Below, in pieces: positions 57,568 through 64,000 of a DNA stretch of 64,000 nucleotides. A model generated the notes under the pieces. It made no database searches, was not told the DNA's origin, and saw only the letters and a program-made list of their open reading frames with translations. A program made the position numbers and the translations under genes. The stretch is from Trichosphaerium sp. ATCC 40318. Taxonomy: Eukaryota > Protista > Tubulinea. Each line of letters starts with the position of its first letter. The stretch's first letter is position 1. The stretch spans positions 124,001-188,000 of the forward strand of contig JALMLS010000361.1 in NCBI GenBank assembly GCA_038496445.1. Reading direction: 5' to 3'.

Positions 57568-60500
57568 TTAATTTACAAGCTTATTTAGTAACACATGAAC
57601 AGTGTGATTAAAGTCAATTGTCTTTTGTTTCCAACATCGATGTATTTTCTTTGTGAAAAACTCACCAGCTTCAGTATCGTTTAAATCTGGTTTTAAACGG
57701 TCTCTAAGGAACTTAACATGTTCAACACTAGATACTTCAGGTAATCCTGCACTTAACATCTACAAAAAGGTGAGTTACACAAGGTTTGAGTAAATATCGG
57801 TTTGTTTCAGTCAAAAAAAAAAAAGGAACAAGTGTTTTTGCTTGAGTTCTCGGTTACTACGTACCAATGAGAAAAGGATATAAAAAAGGTTATCATGGCG
57901 ACGTAATACATTATATGCCTTACAACAAGTATCTACAAAACGTTCAAAATTTTCGTCTGTACCCATGACACCTTAATGTGTTGTAAGCATAAAACCACAA
58001 AAAAAAAAGAAGAAAACTCTACCAAGCAAATAGATCGTTTTGTAGTGCTTTTTTTGAAATATACATACCGTAGTATTGATCAATAAATACAAGGTCAGCC
58101 TTATCAGCCCAAATTTTACCAACAATACGTCGGTAGTTTCCAAGAATATGACCAAAATCAATGTGAAAAATTTGACCATTTTTCTTCAACATGATGTTAT
58201 CATTATGACGATCAGCAAGTCCAAGTACAAAAGTTATTACAGTATAACCTGCAAGTGATCGTATAAAATTATCTACAGCAATTTCCATAGCCTCATCTGT
58301 AGTATTCCATTTTTGAAGCCACTTATAAAGAGTACCAGAGTTAAGAAATATCTTTGTCTTATTCTTATCCATGTCCTTCAATTAAATCAGTAAATAGTGC
58401 ATGGACAAAATTTTTAATAACTTAGGATAGCAAATCAAACATTCCTGTAGAGTCACAGACGTTTGTGAGTCGTAACTTTTTCAATAAGAAAAAGGAGAAA
58501 ATAATAGGAAAAAACTCGCATGTTCTTGTTTTAGTTTAAGTATTAAAAAACCACCCCGTACGATGTTAATATCAGATGTTGTCATAGAATTCTTTACAAC
58601 TTCTATAAATCCACACTCATCACCAGTAGCAAGAACCTTATATGGGCTCAACAATAGGTCAAGACCTTGTTTTTTCCACAACTGTTAAACAAGTGTCAGA
58701 GTAAAAATAATACGCAAAAAATCGTTGACGTACGATATCAATTGCTCTTATGAGTTGCATGACCAATACATCTTGTCTTAAATCATCTCCAGCTTTGTAT
58801 ATGGCATGGTACGGTTCTTCATTTTCGGCATTTTTAAACGCAAGCCAAAGAGGAACCTATTGTTTTTACGTTAATTAAGCCAAAAAAAAACGATAAAAGG
58901 CGTACTGTTTTGGAGCTCATGACACGACATTTATCTAAGATATAGCCACTACATATTATTCTAGAATCAAAGGGAGCTCTAAAAGTTTCTGGCCAACGAG
59001 TAGACTTTAAGTACTCGATAAGACGTTCTCGTTTTTCGATCTTTTTACCAACACGTCCAAAACTCTAAATAAAAGTAAGAAACTGTGCAATCCTTTTCAC
59101 TTAATACAAACGTACCTTAATATCCATAGCGATTTGTTGTAGCTTATTATACACACGTGTTTCTTTTTGAAGCTCTGTACGGAAATTCTCACCAACACTT
59201 GTTTTGAGGTATGCTTCAAGCAACAACCTGTTAAAACGAAAAAGTTAGCTGAAAACTGTATTTTTTTCTTTGATGAAAATGACGTTTCTTACCCAAACCG
59301 ATTACCAACTTCTGGGTTATGTATTTCTGACTTTAATTGCCAAAAGAAATAATGACCAATATATTGATTGGTAGAGCACTTTTGAATAAGAAAACGAGCT
59401 AATGCAGAATCGTGAAAATGCTCAAACTTGATAGCCTGGGTGAGCTGCAACATGACTCTATAAATCTGATAATCGGTGCAGTTTTGTAGTATTTTTACTG
59501 CCAGCTCTCTAACGAGTTGATCTGCAAAGTCAACATGCAAAAGTCTCAACGCTAAAAACACAAGTAAGCACGTGATAAACATCTAAAAAAGTTCGTCAAA
59601 AAAAATACGTTACCTAAGATCAGTTTTGGCGGATAGTATTTTTCTTCTCTATCAGTACTCTTATCAAGAGTATCAATGTTAATAGAGTCAAATAACTCAT
59701 GAACGCGTATAACTTGAGCACGATCACCCCAGTCAATACAATGTAATAGCTTTGGTAAGTAAAGAGGAAAATCTTTAAAAAGATCAAAATGCTTGAGCAA
59801 ATATCTCTTTTCCCAATTAACCAAGTTATGCAATATATCATGTCTAGGCAAGGTATTAATAAGCAAATATGAAATTAAATCTTATTGTTGACATACGAGC
59901 AAATCTTATGGAACTTAGCCAGTTCTTCTTTGGATCGATTCGCAGCTGTGAATTTTTTCTTGCGTTTTTTTCTGTTTGATGAATTGTAAGTATCGTAAAT
60001 CATACTTCGACTCTGTATATTATTGATTCCCGCTGGATGACTGAATAGTTCCAATGAAAGAATTATAGGCTCTTCACCATTATTCTCAGCTGTAGTACCT
60101 GAAACAAATATTTGAGAAAAAGAAACAAGTTTGTTGGTTTCTAATTAGGTACCCAGTGCCTTTGGTTCATCGTCCCACAATTTAAACGAACAAAAACCTG
60201 TCCTCACAACATTCTTATAGGAAACAAGTTGTATATTCGTCCACCCTAGTGGTTGATCTGATGGCGTTATACCTTCATACGAGAGAGCTCCACTCTAAAC
60301 AAAACTTAGAACTAAATCACTTACAAAATCTCGTACATCTATCCGACCATATAATGTAACATGCAGACGTGCTTCACGTGGTAAGCGCGTACAAAATCGA
60401 CTGAAAGTTAGAGTTTCATCCCACACGGAGTTGGCCCTCTTAAGTACAACGTTCTTGGTTACACGTGTCTTTTTATCAAGCATCGTTGCTAAAGAAAATT

Positions 60501-63500
60501 GTAAGAATCTGAAAAGAAATAAGCAATGATCATTCAAATACTTACATCCATGGTAAATGCTACAAGCCACAAAAACACTCTTTACACGGTTTGGTGCACG
60601 TATACTGATAGCATCTAACACACGTATTGAAAATTTAAAGTTAAAGTCTTTGAGAATAGAGTAGTAAGGCATATTCAAATGTCTATGAACAGCACCAACA
60701 CTTGCTTCATTATCATTATCTAAAGGACTTGCAATTGCCTGCACGAAAACCAAGTATTAATAAACGCATAGAACAATATAGATTTAAGTACCTTATCAAT
60801 GATAGAAAGCTCTTTGGGATCAGCTACAATTTTCTCATAGCGCTCTTTTGGTACCAAAGAAAGAGATAACCTAAAACAATAAGTATTGTTACACAAAGCG
60901 GCATCAATGCTGTTTTTACCATGTAGCCTCATCAGCAAGCCTGAAACAATCGAAGTTGATTAGCATTTCTTCTTCATCAGCTAGGAACTCCAACTTGCCA
61001 CTTACCTATCGCACTTATTGTTAGTGCACAGAGAGAACGTTGTCGATCAAAAAGAAAAAGAAACCTACCTTTAGGATAAAATCGTTGGCTGTCTTGCCGT
61101 TTGGCATAAGTTTTGTTTTCCCTGCTCTGCCACCTTTCTTCTTACCCTATTTATGCGTTAGATAGGAGCCTTATTTCAAAAAGGGTAGTACCATCTTAAG
61201 AGTACGTTGCCGTTCTCGTATAAGTCTCTCGTGTTCTTTTTGTGCCTAAGAAATAAGGTAAGAAAAAAGGAGGAAGCATAAGATGTTTTGACAAAAAGTA
61301 TTTGACAACGTGCCTTTCGGAACATTTTTCTTTCTTTCTTTTTTATTTTATTCTGGGTCTTTTGGTTCTTTTTTCGCTCTCTTTGAGCCTTTTCTATCTT
61401 TTTAAGTGCTCTAACAGCTTCTTTCCTTTGTTCTTTTTCAAGCCTCTTATCATTTTCCTTTCTACTAAGACCGTACTTTCCTTCCATGTACCCATGTTCC
61501 ATTTGAAGTTGAGGTGATGACCCAATAGAATGACTTCGTATTAGACGTTTACGACGAGCTTGAGAAGAGCCTTGATTTGCATTAACTGACTTTCTTCGCT
61601 TTTGCTTCCTCTTGTTTCTGTAATCCACAAATTGTTCAGCAGAAGCATGCCTAAAGGACCAACTTTGAGTATTTATACACTTTATTGTTTTACGTACTCT
61701 CGATGCCGCTTCTTGCCTATTAGTAATGGTGATAAGGTGATAGTATTTGCTTTATCGGATATATCAGGTGCTGGAAACGAATCTGATAATGGTCTAGTAG
61801 TAGAGGAGTCATGTGCAGCAGCTGTGGAGTTCTATAAAGCTATATTAATAAAAATATCTGATATTTGCCCAAACTAACCTCTGACGAACTCGACGGTTCA
61901 GTAGGAATAGAGCTCTTGTGGCTACCATCATCATCGAATGGTGGTGCTGATCTTGACGCTGTAGAGCGGAAAGATAAAATGTTCGGAGAACTAATAGAAG
62001 CAGCTCTCCCAACTGTAGACCGTGGAGTTAAGTTTGTCACATAAGTGGGTACAACAAAACCGTTGTTCCTTGGTGATGCACTCGCAGTAGAGCTCACAGA
62101 TCCACTTTTAGACTCAAGCGAAGAAGTACTCTCTTTGTCATTAATAACAGAAGATATCTCTGTTGTGTCGGCTTCAAAAACACCTAGGACAACAGCTTCT
62201 GGTGGATTATGGCTACTTGACATTGACATCAGTGGTTGTGAAGTAATAGACCTACAAGAAACAATGTTAGAAACACTGTACTATTGAAGAGTTTGTGCGT
62301 ACTTTGGGTAAAGTAGCTCTCGTTCATCACTTCCTGCACTGACATTATCACGTTCCTATTAATATTAGCATCTTTTGGTGAGTATAATCACGTACTTCTG
62401 GTATAGGAGAAAGAGCACGATCCATAGCTGGGGAAGAGAGCTGAAGGTAAATAATTAATAAATCATTCGTTGTGAAATACTACTGTACATTTGTTGGAAT
62501 ATTAATCCTCTTAACTGTTTTAATAGACGCTGCAGAGTGCTAAACAATAACAATTAGATGTTGAAGTTAATTAATATTTGGTCGGTACAGCAGTTTTCTT
62601 TCTTTGTTGTTTGAGGATTTTGGGAAATTTCCTCTTTGGCGACTCCATATCTGTTTTGGAAGATAACTTAGAACCTAGTTTTTTTATGAATTAGTGACAG
62701 TGTTATAACAAATACAAAAGGAAGTCGGATAGGCATACTTGAAGGAGATTTTGTCTTAGTAGGAGATATCATATCATCACTCTCTCCGGATGCTTCAACA
62801 ACACTTTTAGAACCTCCAGATGTCTAACGAGATAAGTTAAACAACCAAATGATTAAACACTAACCTCTTCTGCTCCTGAATATCCTTCTTTCTTTACAAA
62901 TGGCCTTGAAAAAGCATTCTTAAAAGCCTAAGGGAAAAAACCTTTAGACAATGAACCATGCTATTTATAACGACATACACTTCTTGTTTTATGTTTAGTT
63001 CTCTTGTACATAACCCAGAAAGCATAGTCTCTGAGAGCACCAGCAGTTAATCCCGCTAAATAAAGAAACGTGAATAACAAATCACTTTTACTAGTTCTCC
63101 TTGACTTACGTTCTTGGTATGTCTTCTTGTATGATCCATCAGGGTAAACAATCTCAATTGCAAACAGCTGTGGTGCAACAAGGGGTGGTGGAACATACTT
63201 TTTATACTCTGGCCATTGTATTGCCTCAGAAGGATCAGCACGCTTTGGCATAAAACGTTCGCGATATCTAGAGATATAATCAATAAAATCAATGCAAAAT
63301 ACAATGGCAATAACATTACCTTGCGAATTGATGTCTGAAATCATTAGATTCCTCAGTTGGTTGATCAAGAAAAGATGAAACATCACCAATAATAGAAGTA
63401 ACAGAATTAAAAACTTCAAGTTCCTTCTCCAAGTTGATTTCAGCCTTCTCGAACTGAGATCTAGGAACCATCTCCAAATTTGGTGTAACAAACGTCGTTG

Positions 63501-64000
63501 TAAATACACTCTGAATTATTGGTATTCTGTACAATGGCAACGACTCCTAAAGTTCTTTGTAAACGCCACAAATGGGAAAAAGGAAAAAGATGTACCTTTA
63601 CTAGAGGAGTGTTTAAAGCAGTGATACGAAGTATATAATCATCAATTGAAGATAAGTTCACGGTATTTGCCCAAGGACTCTTTTGAGCTCTGGCGTAAAG
63701 TGCTTGTTTAACCTCCCCCACACGCATTGTTCCAATACAGTGAATTTGAACAGCTAACTTGTTGTTGCCGCTAAAGAAATTGTTAAACATCATACTAAGG
63801 CACTCATGTATATTAACTTACTGCGCAATGTAGTTTGTTGATATATAGTCCTTTCTATTAAGCCCCAAGCTACGGACAGGTGGTACAAATACACGTGCTG
63901 TTTTGTCTGTAGCTCTTTGACGACTGGATGTGTATTTTTTTCCTTTGCGTGTAGACTTTATTTTCAATTTGAGAGTAGCATAAAACGTCTCCCGTGACTC
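57568..64000 (-). CDS. Class I-type phosphoinositide 3-kinase catalytic subunit (5' end outside window)
   Basis: ABD-like, RBD, C2 (WDETLTF..LPREARLHVTLY), helical PIK (VRELAV..LQLTQAIKFE) and kinase (YKAGDDLRQD, DRHNDNIM, HIDFG) domains. Confidence 0.94.

Overview
This is gene-dense, AT-rich eukaryotic nuclear DNA using the standard genetic code, with about 27 intact genes split by many short spliceosomal introns (mostly ~30-120 nt; GTAC/GTAA/GTAT/GTGC donors; YAG and frequent AAG acceptors). The supplied ORF track is therefore fragmentary, and I spliced the gene models by eye. The gene mix (Ras, DH-PH RhoGEF, class I PI3K, Ariadne, Zn2Cys6 TF, ZFC3H1) suggests an amoeba-like protist; this is inference only. 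Recognisable genes are RPA1, a Ras GTPase, a mucin-like membrane protein, SPTLC1, ZFC3H1, RPSA, a RhoGEF, ARIH1, an SDR, a 2OG-Fe(II) oxygenase, an SCP/aequorin-fold EF-hand protein, MON1, AFG1, an SRPBCC protein, RNF121, LEO1, RRM2, an ApaH-like phosphatase, a Zn2Cys6 TF, a DUF4097-like protein, an MRH-domain protein, YME1, a glyoxylate reductase and a PI3K. The best leads are: an uncharacterised tandem-repeat protein with a C-terminal Vsr/DUF559-like nuclease motif; a U12-type-looking intron in MON1; an aequorin-like EF-hand gene next to an IPNS-like oxygenase; structured 3'-UTR introns behind ZFC3H1; a decayed gene-fragment patchwork; a foldback element; and CACGTG palindromes concentrated in long introns. 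I found no rRNA, tRNA, CRISPR array or intact transposase.
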